From positions 6,983,149 to 7,047,148 of the forward strand of contig NC_068989.1 of assembly GCF_001194135.2 (NCBI RefSeq): 64,000 bases of DNA. The letters run 5' to 3'. The notes under the pieces were generated by a model. It was not told the origin of the DNA. It did not search any database and worked only from the letters and a program-made list of their open reading frames with translations. A program made the position numbers and the translations under genes. The first letter of the stretch is position 1; each line of letters opens with the position of its first letter. Source of the DNA: Octopus bimaculoides (taxonomy: Eukaryota). Of the stretch, positions 1 through 12,169 are shown one piece after another.

Positions 1-84
1 ATATGAATGTGTGTGCATGTACGTAAATATATATACATATACTACTGATGTGTATACATGTGTGTGTATATGCAAATGTATAAG

Positions 85-127
<43 letters not shown>

Positions 128-530
128 GAGCGTATTTGTGTATATGAATGTATTATATGGATATATTTTTTTTTATAAATGCACATAGTATTGGCCGAAG
201 TTATAAAGTTATAAATCCGTTACTCGTAAATTTCCGCGTGTAATAACGTTTCGTCAGATAGCAGTTTAACTTCAGTCAATAAAGCAATTTTTACTCTTCG
301 ATGTTTGTTATATACTTTACCTCTGGTACGTTACTACCATTGTGCTTGTATATATTTGTGTGTGGTTGCAGTTGTAGATGCAGATACACACATACATGTC
401 CACCAATACGTGTGTGTATATGTATGTATATGTATGTATGCGTGTATGTGTGTGTATATATATATATGTGTGTATGTACATATGCATATGTATGTGTGTG
501 TGTGTGTTTGTGAGTATGTATATATGTGTG
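1..530. repeat. (TA)n/(TG)n/(TATG)n microsatellite mosaic
   Basis: Direct dinucleotide and tetranucleotide runs at 1-125 and 400-530; ORFs 301-607 are translations of them. Confidence 0.9.
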
Positions 531-539
531 TATTTTCTA

Positions 540-719
540 TCTTTTATCTTTTGCTTGTCTCATTCATTAGACTGCGGCCATCCTGGAGTAAAACCATGAA
601 GTTTTAGTCCAAGGAATCGACCCCAGTATTTATTGTTTTTTAAGCTTCGTACTTATGCTATGGGGATGTGAAAACACCACCACCGGTTGTAAAGAATAAA
701 CACAGGGGCAAACACACGC

Positions 720-755
<36 letters not shown>

Positions 756-800
756 AAATTTGCAGACATACACACACACGCATATATACATACATACATN
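540..800 (-). mobile_element. SINE family B, 3' part running into the internal (CA)n tract and a gap
   Basis: Reverse complement matches the family B tail (..ccaggatggccgcagtctaatgaatgagacaagcaaaagataaaag); truncated by the N-gap at 800-986. Confidence 0.7.
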
Positions 801-1051
801 NNNNNNNNNNNNNNNNNNNNNNNNNNNNNNNNNNNNNNNNNNNNNNNNNNNNNNNNNNNNNNNNNNNNNNNNNNNNNNNNNNNNNNNNNNNNNNNNNNNN
901 NNNNNNNNNNNNNNNNNNNNNNNNNNNNNNNNNNNNNNNNNNNNNNNNNNNNNNNNNNNNNNNNNNNNNNNNNNNNNNNNNNNNNNTATAATTAACCGAA
1001 TGAGATAAAAATCCAAGGCTGTGAAAGATTTCAGAACATTTATATAGAGAA

Positions 1052-1100
1052 GGTCTTACAGCTGTTTCCGGGATATTTCATATATCCCTTCATCGGAGAT
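1052..1100 (-). ncRNA. Degenerate minimal type I hammerhead ribozyme in a Penelope-like terminal-repeat remnant
   Basis: Minus strand reads tct-CCGATGA-A-GGGATAT-atgaa-ATATCCC-G-GAAA-CAGCTG-TA-aga: core CUGANGA with one change (U4C), 7-bp stem II, GAAA, palindromic helix III, cleavage triplet GUA, 3-bp stem I. Confidence 0.55.
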
Positions 1101-1289
1101 GGTGTGAGAGAATGGTTAAGCAATAGTTATTCTAGAGAAGATATGAAATAGACAGTGAAGTGGAGGAATGGAAACAGACGTGAGATATGTAGACGGAAAC
1201 TGAAAAGCCCGTCATATATAAGTATGTATATTTCATATGTAGAAGCTTGGTACTGATTCCAAAGTATATATATATATATATATATATAC

Positions 1290-1552
1290 ACCATGGGATT
1301 GTACCTAGAAAGTTACCCTCCCAGGCACAAGTCCGGGCAAGATTGCTTATGGAAGACCAGCAGTCGCCCATGCATACCGGCCTCCCCTCTCCATGCTAAC
1401 AGTGTTATCTAAGGGATAACTCATTTCTACAGCTGAGTGAACTGGAGCAACGTGAAATAAAGTGTCTTGCTCAAGAACACAACACGCAGCCCGGTCCAGG
1501 ATTCGAACTCACAACCTCACGATCGTAAGCTCGACGCTCTAACCACTGAGCA
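1290..1552 (-). mobile_element. tRNA-derived SINE with family C head and CORE-like block, different 3' tail
   Basis: Minus strand: cagtggttagagcgtcgag (A box), gagttcgaatcc (B box), tgtgttcttgagcaagacactttatttcacgttgctccag (CORE-like block shared with 16265-16590). Confidence 0.8.
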
Positions 1553-1589
1553 TACATGTATGCGTTTCTGTCTGCCTGTCTGCGTCTGT

Positions 1590-1765
1590 ATCTTTCTATT
1601 TGTGTTTTTCTCCTCACTGCTTTAGAACCAGTATTGGGTTGTTTACGTCCCTGTGAACAGTTCGGCGAAAGTAAAGTACCAGGCCTTTAACAATGCACTG
1701 GGGTCTATTTGTTCGACTAACGCTCCTCAAGGTGGTACCCCAGCACGGCTACAGTCAAATGAAGG
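1590..1765 (+). mobile_element. SINE family B, degenerate 3' tail
   Basis: gtttacgtccc..gttcggcgaaag..ggggtctatttgttcgactaa..ccagcacggctacagtcaaatga matches the tails at 34730-34915 and 53690-53890. Confidence 0.75.
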
Positions 1766-2460
1766 AAACAAATTCCAGACGAAAGATAAATGGAATACAA
1801 TGAACTATTATAGAAACCAGATGCCATATCTATTAAAGCAGGACTATTCCAAGGGGACACAACCTCTCCACCTTTTCTCTCCTCAGACGTTGAAAGCTTT
1901 AACAATCATGCAACACGTTAATGGACAGCAAATACAAATGCTATTGCAATGGATTTCAGATGTATGCAACAAGTAACAAATAATTAGAAACGCTGTTACG
2001 TAAATTGTAAATATTCTGAAGGGAAATTAGATTAAAATCTAGTTTAGAAAACTGCACCAAAGCAACCTTCAAGTGATGAAAATTAATAAAAACTATTCCT
2101 ATCACGTCAGATAAGGAAGAGAGATATAAGAATTAGGCCAAACACAGACTTACAAATACTTAGGAATTAATGAGGTAGACAGAATACAATACACAGATAT
2201 TAGCAGAAGCTCGAAAAAATATAGATGTATAAGATTAATACTTAAAGGTGAGTTAAATGCGAACAACAAGATAATAGGTATCCATACTCTCGCTGTTTTT
2301 GTAATTAGTCATCAGTACAACGTTCTCAATTGGAAACTAAATGAATTAACAAGATTAGATAGGAAAATAAGTAAAATAATAAGTGTATTTCGAAGATACC
2401 ACATAAATGACTATACATAAAATTAGTAAATTATATTTACTGTCAACACAAGGATGTATT
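1766..2460 (+). pseudogene. Decayed reverse transcriptase of an R4/Dong-like non-LTR retrotransposon
   Basis: Motifs in the expected order: IKAGLFQGD (1832-1858), MYATSNK*LETLL, LKSSLENCTKATF, TYKYLGINE (~2148-2174), LKGELNANNKIIGIHTLAV..NWKLNELTRLDRKISKII, SKLYL; contains stops and frameshifts. Confidence 0.8.
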
Positions 2461-2481
2461 CCTATATATGTATATAAATAG

Positions 2482-2512
<31 letters not shown>

Positions 2513-2576
2513 CATACATACATGCATACAAGCATATACACATATACATATATACACATGTATATATGTATGCATA

Positions 2577-2666
<90 letters not shown>

Positions 2667-2830
2667 CATATATATACGTACATGCATGCGTATACATGTA
2701 CATGTATGTATACATGTACGAATGTAAATATACATATATGCAGATGTATACATATATATATATATATGTGTGTGTCTATGAGTATATACGTATAGAAGTA
2801 TGTATGTAGCTATGTATGTGTAGTGTAGGA
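2461..2830. repeat. (ATAC)n/(AT)n microsatellite interrupting the LINE remnant
   Basis: Direct simple-repeat runs, including about 40 perfect AT units at ~2580-2660. Confidence 0.95.
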
Positions 2831-3065
2831 GTAAAAAATATATGTGTATATTGAGCTAAGATAAATAGAGTCTAACAGAAATAGCTACAAAATATGAACC
2901 AAACAAAAGTCTGTTTTCTACCCTTAGGGAAACCAATATATATAGAATAGTGGCAGAAGTAACAACAGACATCAGTAATTAAAATAGAAAAACAGGAACA
3001 GAAATATTCAGAATATAACGAGACTAAATTAGAAAGAGGATTTCAAAATTCTATACTGAAATATT

Positions 3066-3278
3066 CTTTTCTACTCTAAGCACAGGAACCGAAATTTTGT
3101 GGGAGGGAACCAGTCGATTAGATCGATCCTAGTACACAAATGGTACTTAATTGATCGACCCCGAAAGGGCGAAAGGCAAAGTCTACCTCGGCGGAAATTG
3201 AACTCAGAACGTAACGGCAGACGAAATACCGCTAAGCATTTCACCAGGCGTGCTAACGTTTCTGCCAGTTCGCCGCCT
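3066..3278 (-). mobile_element. SINE family A, near full length
   Basis: Minus strand: GGCGGCGAACTGGCAGAAACGTTAGCAC head, ctgagttcaatttcc B box, gaggtagactttgcctttcgccctttcggggtcgatcaattaagtacc central block. Confidence 0.9.
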
Positions 3279-3464
3279 TTCCATACCAAAATATTGACAA
3301 GGAAAGCTTCTGTATTCTTGTCTATGGCCAATGCCTGACTGGGTGATACTGAAATAAATGACGGTTAACATTCGGTGTTGATATTGATTGAATCTTTCAT
3401 CGAAGTTAACACAAAAACTCATAAACAATGTAAATATCTGATAAATTGCGTAAAACGCATTGAA

Positions 3465-4004
3465 ATGCCCGGATGCAGTACCAGGCATTGGGTTTCATGG
3501 CTTCTGATCTTAATTGATTGGAAGTGCTATCATGTACATCGTTTTGTCTTGGTATAAAAGATGGGCTACAGCAAATATTCTGCTCAATACCACAGATTTG
3601 TTTGTCAGTTGTTTGACCTTAACCAGTTGAGCATGTTCTTTTGTGCATCCCTGATCATGAGCAGAAGTAGTGGAGGAGCATCATAGCCATGTTTCGAGAG
3701 GAATTCTTTGGGGTTTGAATAAATCACCTTTGGAAACATGGGTGTTTTGCTCAATATCCTTAAACAACCCTTATTGAAGGACCTTTTAAGCGGGTGGGCT
3801 ATTCGACCTGAAGAAAATTCTAACTGGATCCCACCTGTGAGGTCATGCGCTGTTTACCTTGATATGAGATCACCATGTTGCACACATATGGTTGTGATGC
3901 ATGTGCCTGGTGTACCCTTATCAGACGGGTAGTCATGATGGGTATAATGGGCTTCGTATATTTTACCCCAGTGTCACTCTGATGGCATGCACTGCTTCTC
4001 ACTC

Positions 4005-4037
<33 letters not shown>

Positions 4038-4040
4038 CAT
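3465..4040 (+). mobile_element. Probable non-LTR retrotransposon 3' UTR ending in an (AAT)n tail
   Basis: About 550 bp of non-coding, GC-balanced sequence ending in cactcaat(aat)n at ~4002-4039, on the same strand and downstream of the RT remnant; identity inferred. Confidence 0.5.
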
Positions 4041-4329
4041 ACGCAGTGGTTGGCTGACTACTGAGTTTTGGATAGTTTTGATACTTCCCACGAACTGCAC
4101 CCAGACAATAAACAAACATCACATACTACGTGTAAAACTTAACATTAAGAAAACCTCGTATTGGTATTGTTGTTATTATTGTTAGTACAGCATCTGTTAT
4201 TAGTGTTGTTGCTGTTGTATTTAAAGAGTGTGCGGATTATATATATTTTTTTTTTGTTGCTGTTGTTGTTTTCTGCTTGTTTCTTTTTTTTTTTTGTTTT
4301 TGAAAAGCTGCTGTGCTAATAGTTTTTTT

Positions 4330-4450
4330 CTCTTCTTCTTCTTCTTCTTCTTCTTCTTCTAATTCTTCTTCTTCTTCTAATTCTTCTTCTTCTTCTCCTC
4401 CTTATTCTTCTTCTTCTTCTTCTTCTTCTTCTTCTTCTTCTTTCCTCCTT
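4330..4450. repeat. (CTT)n microsatellite
   Basis: Direct trinucleotide run. Confidence 0.95.
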
Positions 4451-5504
4451 CACTAGTTTTCGTACCTAATGAAGCAATTATTATTATTTATTTAAAGTTT
4501 TAAAAATAATTTGAGAACAGAAGGAGAGGAGATAAGAGAGAACAGAAAGATGAAAGAGAAACAGAGAGTGAGAGAGTGAGAGAGAGGGGCGGTTGGGTAG
4601 GAAAAAATGTGAAGTAGAATATACTTGGAATTTCAGTCAGAGGGCTGCTCTTCCAGATAACTTTGTCTCATCCAATACAAACCATCGACCTAGAGAGATA
4701 ACGCACTTGAAGCTTGCCTAATGAGAACTACAAGTTGTCTAATCTAATCTAGAATCGGAACATTTAAGACATTTTCAAATATTAGATTTGCTTTATCAAA
4801 ACGCACAAAAAAATTATAAATTAATAAAATATTTCCGATTACAAAATGAAGCTTCGAAATATAGAGAAATGAGTTTTATTTAATAATTTAACAATATTTT
4901 TAACAATATTTTTCTTTTTCCTTTTTTCTTTCTTTCGTGTATTTCATGATTTATTAGAATTCTTTAGAACACGTTTCATTTCCTCGATTCATTTTTCCCG
5001 AAGAGCATCAAGATATGGTAATGTTTTAACGCCTGCAGAATATTATTTTCAATCTGTGTAATTTTAATAAGATGAAACTGAAAAGAAAATATAAAAAAAA
5101 AGACATTCAATTTTCTTTGTGAACCGGAAGTAAATAGTCCCCTCAAAAAATTTAAAAATAAGAAATCTTGAAAAAGGATTTTCCGTTCTCTATTATACTT
5201 CGTTTTATCTAGAATCCTTTTCGCGTTTTTCATTAAATTATTTCATTCTCTATTATTCTTCCTGACTGTTAGTTCCATAACGCCGTTACGTGGAGGTGGT
5301 GACAGTGCCAGAGTAACAAGGCAAGTGTAAACAAGTGTATTCTGTGTAACATGGTGCAGGGTTTGGCTAGCAACTTAAGTATGACATCGTAAAATAACGA
5401 ATAAGATTTATCTCACGATTTTATATAAATAAACAAATCGTTTCAGGGTATATATACAGAAAAATATTTTATTTTTGTCCATGAATATTTGTATATAGGT
5501 GGTT

Positions 5505-5505
5505 G

Positions 5506-5595
<90 letters not shown>

Positions 5596-5611
5596 TACGT
5601 TATACGTTTAC

Positions 5612-5645
<34 letters not shown>

Positions 5646-5755
5646 ATACACATATATATAAACACACATAAATACGTATGTATATGTATATACCAATATA
5701 TATGCACATATATATACATAGTACACATATGTATACATGTATGTATGTATGTATG
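5505..5755. repeat. (AT)n/(TG)n/(TATG)n microsatellite
   Basis: Direct runs. Confidence 0.95.
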
Positions 5756-5994
5756 AAGAAAACTCAAAATATTTTCTAAGGATCTATGTTCTGGAACGAT
5801 TATATTGACATCAAGTCTGTATCAAAAGGAATTTCCATTTATGGAAATAGAAAATGGAAATACGTTAATTTTGACGGCACAAAAGCGTTGTACATTCAAA
5901 TGCATAAATTACCACAGACAGTAATATAACATACAAGTGTGCTCTTATGTATATAAGTAATCTTTTCTATTGTAGGTGGCGGAGGATGGAGGCA

Positions 5995-6312
5995 TCTGGT
6001 ACTTAATTTATCGACCCCCAAAGGATGAAAGGTAAAGTTGATCTCGACGGAATTTGAACTCAGAACGTTAAGACAAACGAAATGCCGCTAAGCATTTCGT
6101 CGGGCGTGCTAACGTTTCTTATTGCTTTACTGCCCACAAGGGGCTACACACAGAGGGGACAAACAAGGACAGACAAACGGATTAAGTCGATCATATCGAC
6201 CCCCGAAAGACAAAGTCGACCTCGGAGGAATTTGAACTCAGAACATAAAGACAGACGAAATACCGCTGAGCATGTCGCCCGGCGTGCCCACGTTTCTGCC
6301 AGCTCGCCGCCT
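5995..6312 (-). mobile_element. Two head-to-tail SINE family A copies, the second with tail type 2
   Basis: Copy 1 (5995-6118) has lost its extreme 5' end and abuts the tail of copy 2 (6119-6312; tail = gtttgtcccctctgtgtgtagccccttgtgggcagtaaagcaataa on the minus strand). Confidence 0.85.
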
Positions 6313-6814
6313 TTATGTATATAAGTAATCGCTTGATGTACGTGTATTTCGTGGATATCTTATACTATTTAAAAGGGAAAAGAAATGAACAGCTACTACG
6401 CATTTTACAAATAAACTCTCTAAACGAAACAGTGAAAATATGCTAAGCAAAACATTTCCATTTTACCGCTTTGTTATCTAAATTCCAGCGCTAGAACTTC
6501 ATTCCTTTGTCAGAGAACAAGTTCGTCTATGTTAAAATTGAAACAATTCTAAGAACAAAAAAAGAAAAAGAAACATAATGTCATAAAGACATTGAAATGA
6601 ATAAGAGTCTGATATTTAGCGAGACGTCTGTTTCTTTATTCTACGCTGACTCATGTAGTTTCCTATTAACAATATCATGTTTTATATTTAATTATATGCC
6701 AAAGATTTCGAGAACTTTCAAATATATTTATAATGTTACACAATGTTCAGTTGCTTCGAGTATTTGTTCATCATTGCCTTCATTCGTTTTACAAAACAAA
6801 TTCGATATAAGATG

Positions 6815-7340
<526 letters not shown>

Positions 7341-8280
7341 NNNNNNNNNNNNNNNNNNNNNNNNNNNNNNNNNNNNNNNNNNNNNNNNNNNNNNNNNNNN
7401 NNNNNNNNNNNNNNNNNNNNNNNNNNNNNNNNNNNNNNNNNNNNNNNNNNNNNNNNNNNNNNNNNNNNNNNNNNNNNNNNNNNNNNNNNNNNNNNNNNNN
7501 NNNNNNNNNNNNNNNNNNNNNNNNNNNNNNNNNNNNNNNNNNNNNNNNNNNNNNNNNNNNNNNNNNNNNNNNNNNNNNNNNNNNNNNNNNNNNNNNNNNN
7601 NNNNNNNNNNNNNNNNNNNNNNNNNNNNNNNNNNNNNNNNNNNNNNNNNNNNNNNNNNNNNNNNNNNNNACAACACCACCACCACCACCACCACCACCAC
7701 CACCACAATTAATCATCTCATGAACGGTGCGTATTCTTTCGGGTAGAATCGTCATTCATGAATTTTATCTAAGTAATATAAATGAATTGAGAAAGAAACT
7801 GTTTAAACGTTAAAACCAACGGAAGAAAATAATTTATCGTGAAATACAAAGATAAAAACAGAAAGGTAAGTAAATAGATGCAGGGTGTCTTTGAATGCCA
7901 ATTCCTGCAGTTTCCGTACAAATGGAGAATGTGAACCGCTTCACAATTATTATGTCATTGCGTAAGGAAAGAAGATGCAATTAAGTTCCCTAATCTTAAA
8001 ATTTCAGCAAGCTAAGAAATAAAGATTAGAAGAAAAAGAAATCTATGATCCTTTTATCTCCAAAGTTCCGATAAATTACTTAAAGACAAAATGAGGAGAG
8101 AGTAAAAAAAAAAAATAATAAAAAAATCAATTGCCTGTATTTGTCTTTTATTCTCCTCATTGAAATGGAGGAATTGAGTTCCATCAGCATTAAACAGAAG
8201 GTCTGTTAGAAACATTGCCTTCACATACACACACACACACACAGAGAAATATGTGTGTGTGTGTGTGTGTGTGTATACAC

Positions 8281-8315
<35 letters not shown>

Positions 8316-8724
8316 TGTATGTATGCATGCATGGTGCATGAATGTATAAATATCTCAATATAAGTCATCTGCTAATGTAGAAATCTCGTGCATATTTGTT
8401 CATCTTAATGCTCGTTTCGAAGTGGAAATTTTATTTTTTATGTCCCTTTACGAGAATATTATTTGTATACTCTGTTATTTACCCTCATTTATTGTTCAAT
8501 ATTTCCTAAAGTGGAATGTTGTTAATCTACAATGATAAGTTAGGGAATGACGTTGGTTGCGTTAATATGAAGGTTGATACGAGAGAAATAGATTGGCAGA
8601 ACCAGCAGAGCGTTGAACTTCATGTGTGGTGACTCTTCACGTTTTAAGTTCAAATCCCATTATGTGATTTTCAGCTTCCTTAACTCGATTTTTTTTTTAA
8701 ATGCATCAATGAAGTATTACTTAC

Positions 8725-8793
8725 CGAGGGTTGTCATGAGCCCCAGGACTCATAAGACCTGAGCTTGACCTGGTTTTCATTGCGTTTGAGTAA
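8725..8793 (-). CDS. Candidate 69-nt internal exon (SYSNAMKTRSSSGLMSPGAHDNPR), product unknown
   Basis: Acceptor tttttaaatctcag and donor CG|GTAAGT on the minus strand, one open frame, length a multiple of 3; no homology recognised. Confidence 0.2.
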
Positions 8794-8849
8794 CTGAGAT
8801 TTAAAAACTCCCTCCTCAATGGGCGCCAGACCGTCGCAGCTAGTAGTGG

Positions 8850-8990
8850 AGTTCGTTTACAGCTGAATGGATTAGCAGCATTAAAGGAAATGTTTTGCTC
8901 AAGAGCACAACTCACAGCACCGTCTGGGAATCGAGACCACGATTTTGCGATCGCGAATTTAAACACAATAACCACTAGGACACACACCTT
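8850..8990 (-). mobile_element. SINE family C head and CORE-like block, degenerate
   Basis: Minus strand: gtgtgtcctagtggttattg..gtggtctcgattcccagacgg..gtgctcttgagcaaaacatttcc. Confidence 0.65.
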
Positions 8991-9059
8991 GACAATGAAG
9001 TACAATGATGTGGTCCTCTGCTCAAGTAAGAAATAAATGCAGGTGTGAAATTTTGGTAA

Positions 9060-9205
9060 AAAGCTAGCAATTTTGAGATCAACAGGTACTCATGTTTTCG
9101 ACCCGAAAGGATGAAAGGAGAAGTTGACCACGGCGGAATTCGAACTCAGAATATGAGGATGGACGAAATGACGCTAAGCATGCTAACGATTCTGCCAGCT
9201 TGCTG
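9060..9205 (-). mobile_element. SINE family A, degenerate
   Basis: cgacccgaaaggatgaaaggagaagttgaccacggcggaattcgaactcaga..gattctgccagct. Confidence 0.8.
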
Positions 9206-9939
9206 AATTAATGGAAGGAATAAATATCGGCTTCAAATTTTCAAAGACTTCCCAACCGTAAACATATCAACTACAATAGTCACTGTATCCTCTAATTTTT
9301 TTGTTTAAAGATGGCATGGTGCAATTTGGGTGTGATGTAGTTTTTATTTCTAGCAGACAGAGGCTCCCTCATTCACGGTTGTTGCTACTACAACTGCTAC
9401 CGCTGCTGTTTCTGCTAGAGTGGGTACAATTGACTAACGGGATTATCGTATATGACTGATGTGAAGGTTATCTGATCTGGAAGGACGAAAGATAAAATCG
9501 TCCCTCGTTACATTTGAACTCACAGCGTTCAAAATCCCTTTCTAAATTGCACAAGGGAATCATGTACGGCTCTCTGCCACTTTATTTTACTATTGATCTA
9601 ATAATAAGAACGTTATCAACAACCATAACAAAATCAGCAACGAGCCAGTACAGAAGTCTCTACGCAGTCGATCGATTTACATGAAATAACAACCAAGTCT
9701 GCTTCAAACTCCATCCAATATGGTAGGCGTGGTGGATATTGTGTTATGGGTCACTGGAATACACCTCATCGCTCGATCAGCGACCTCTTGGAACTTTGTA
9801 AGTCAACACCCGCCTCGTTGAACAGTCTCTAGCTATTGCGCCTTCCTCGAGACCCAGCAAGCAAAAGAATAAAATGCTCTACAGAATCATTATGCAAGTA
9901 AATAAAACAACACATACACTTATATAATCGATGTGATTT

Positions 9940-10100
9940 ACTTGCTCCTCCCCACCAAAATTGTTGGCCCTGTGAGCTGGAAGAATCGTTAGCACGCCGG
10001 GCAAAATGCTTAACGACATTTCATTCGTCTTTACGATCTTAGTTCAAATGCAACCGAAATCGACTTCTTTCATCCTTTTGAGTCGAAAACATGAGTACCT
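9940..10100 (+). mobile_element. SINE family A, degenerate
   Basis: gagctggaagaatcgttagcacgccgggcaaaatgcttaacg..gttcaaatg..catccttttgagtcgaaaacatgagtacc. Confidence 0.75.
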
Positions 10101-10999
10101 GTTGATCTCAAAATTGTTGGCTTTTTACCCATTCACAGCAGAATGAACTGGAACAACATGAAATGCAGAGTCTCTTGAGTGTAGGACAAAATAACTTGAA
10201 ATTTTTATTCCTGGCATTATGTGACCCGCCGAGGTCAGCATTGCCTTTCATCCTGTCGGGGTTCGATAAGGTTAAGTACCAGTCTAGAACAGTAAGTACT
10301 GCTCGTGCCTTAGCACTCACAAGTACTTACTTGTACATTCACCCTGGGTGGCTTAAGCTGGCTCTGACCATCGAGTTCACCACGTCCCTCACGAACGCTG
10401 ATCATATCTGACGGTCAGACGTAACATTCCAGCGGACAAAGCAATGCTTCTGCCTGCGGTCCAAAGGCCCGGCCTCTAAATTTGACTAGGAAAGTAAGCG
10501 CGTCGGATAGTGCAGATGCTACAGCCGATGTCGTTGTTTGTAGAGGTGCAGAATTTATGTTCAGAATTTCAGTGGAAATACAAGTTTATATGTGGTCTCT
10601 AATGAACCAGAACTCATATGGCTGCCGATTAACCAGGTTTCCATGGGTGTATAAGTGACCGAGATTACAACATTCCTCCTGAACGGCACCTCAGTCCATC
10701 ATAGGCTTATCCATTCACAGTTGAATAGAAGCTGGCACAAAACTGTTGAAAGAATTGTAGTAAATAGCAGTAGCAGGAAGAAAAAGTAGGAAAAATGTTC
10801 AACTGCTACAATAACAAGAATATTGAGATATCAGGAAAAAAAAAGAGCAAGAATTTGAGAGAAGAAAAGCAAGAAGGAGAATATGATCGAATAAAATTAA
10901 GTAAAAAAACAAAATGGGAATAATGATGTGGATTATAAAATAAATGATGAACCTGATGAGTGATAATGAGGAGGGTAGAAATAATGACGATGAAGATGA

Positions 11000-11161
11000 T
11001 AACGAAGTTGGTGATAATGACGGTGGCGTCGGTGGTGGTGGTGGTGGTGGTGGTGACGTCGATATTGAGCGCACATTTTAAAGATTGAATGTAACAAAGC
11101 ATGCAACAGTGCAACCGACATATCATAAAAATAACAACAACAACAGCAACAACAACAATAT

Positions 11162-11197
<36 letters not shown>

Positions 11198-11320
11198 CGA
11201 TGATGATGATAATGACGACGACGACGACGACGACGATGATGATGCTAGTGATGATGACGATGATGATAATGATGATGACGATGATGATAATGGTGATGAA
11301 AGAGATGAAGAAAAAAAGAG
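11000..11320. repeat. (GGT)n/(AAC)n/(GAT/GAC)n trinucleotide mosaic
   Basis: Direct runs that produce the spurious poly-D, poly-M and poly-S ORFs. Confidence 0.95.
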
Positions 11321-12169
11321 CATGCACAATGAACACAGAAGAGATATTCATTGGAATATAAAGGTGCACACACGGATAGAGCATGAAGATTACGACTTCA
11401 ATCATGCTCGACAAGCACACAGAGTCCACCATCTGTGAAGGTCACCTTTGAGAATAACTTTGTAACAAATAGCAAAAAAAATATTTCTTTTTTAATATGC
11501 ACGCATACATACATACATACATACACATATAAACGTATATACATATATATACACGCACAAAAATGCACGCACGCACGCACACGCATATATATCTGTGTGT
11601 GTGTCTGATGAGGTTTCTATGTCTGTGTGTATGTCTGTGTGTCCCTCTTACTTTTCCCCCCACTTTCAGTTATGCTACGGTTATAGTTTATTGACTGCCT
11701 CTCTCCTCCTACCGCAGTGCTGCTGAACCCCCTGTCTTTTGCTACTCTTTGAAAGTTTTGCCGCTTCTCGTCTTCCTCTCTCTTCTGTCTGTCTGTCTGT
11801 CTATTACTCTCTCTCTCCCCCTCTTTCTCTCTTTTGCTATCTATGTATCTATCTAATACTCTCAATATATCTTTCACTCCCCAACTTCCTTTATACTTTT
11901 ATCCCCTCTCTTACTCTCATCATTTTTAATTTATCCATCTGCCTTTCTCTCTCTCCCCCCTTCTCTCTCTCTCTATATATATATATATCTATATATCACT
12001 CTCTCTCTCTCTCTCTGTCGCTTTTTCTCTCCCTCTCTATCTCTCTTTATCACACTCCCTCTCTCAATCTCTCTCTTCCATATTATTACCACCCCTTACT
12101 TGCCTTCGCCTACCTCTGTCTCTTTCTTTCGTTCTTGGTCATTCCTATTTTTTTAATTTTAATCAATAT

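Noticed and set aside
230-290. CTGACGAAACGTT / CTGAAG motif resembling a hammerhead core
   Set aside because: The core is incomplete and no stem I pairing could be found; at most a very decayed PLE end.
5274-5321. Plus-strand 48-nt micro-exon with a GC-AG donor (AAG|GCAAGT)
   Set aside because: It is isolated, with no supporting plus-strand exon chain or homology; such signals occur by chance in 64 kb.
7780-7872. Perfect plus-strand donor AAG|GTAAGT
   Set aside because: All three upstream frames hit stops within about 35 nt and there is no acceptor; it could only be non-coding or chance.
10300-10320. TAAGGCAC (miR-124 seed) on the minus strand
   Set aside because: The rest of miR-124 does not match, and the motif lies in the loop rather than the stem.
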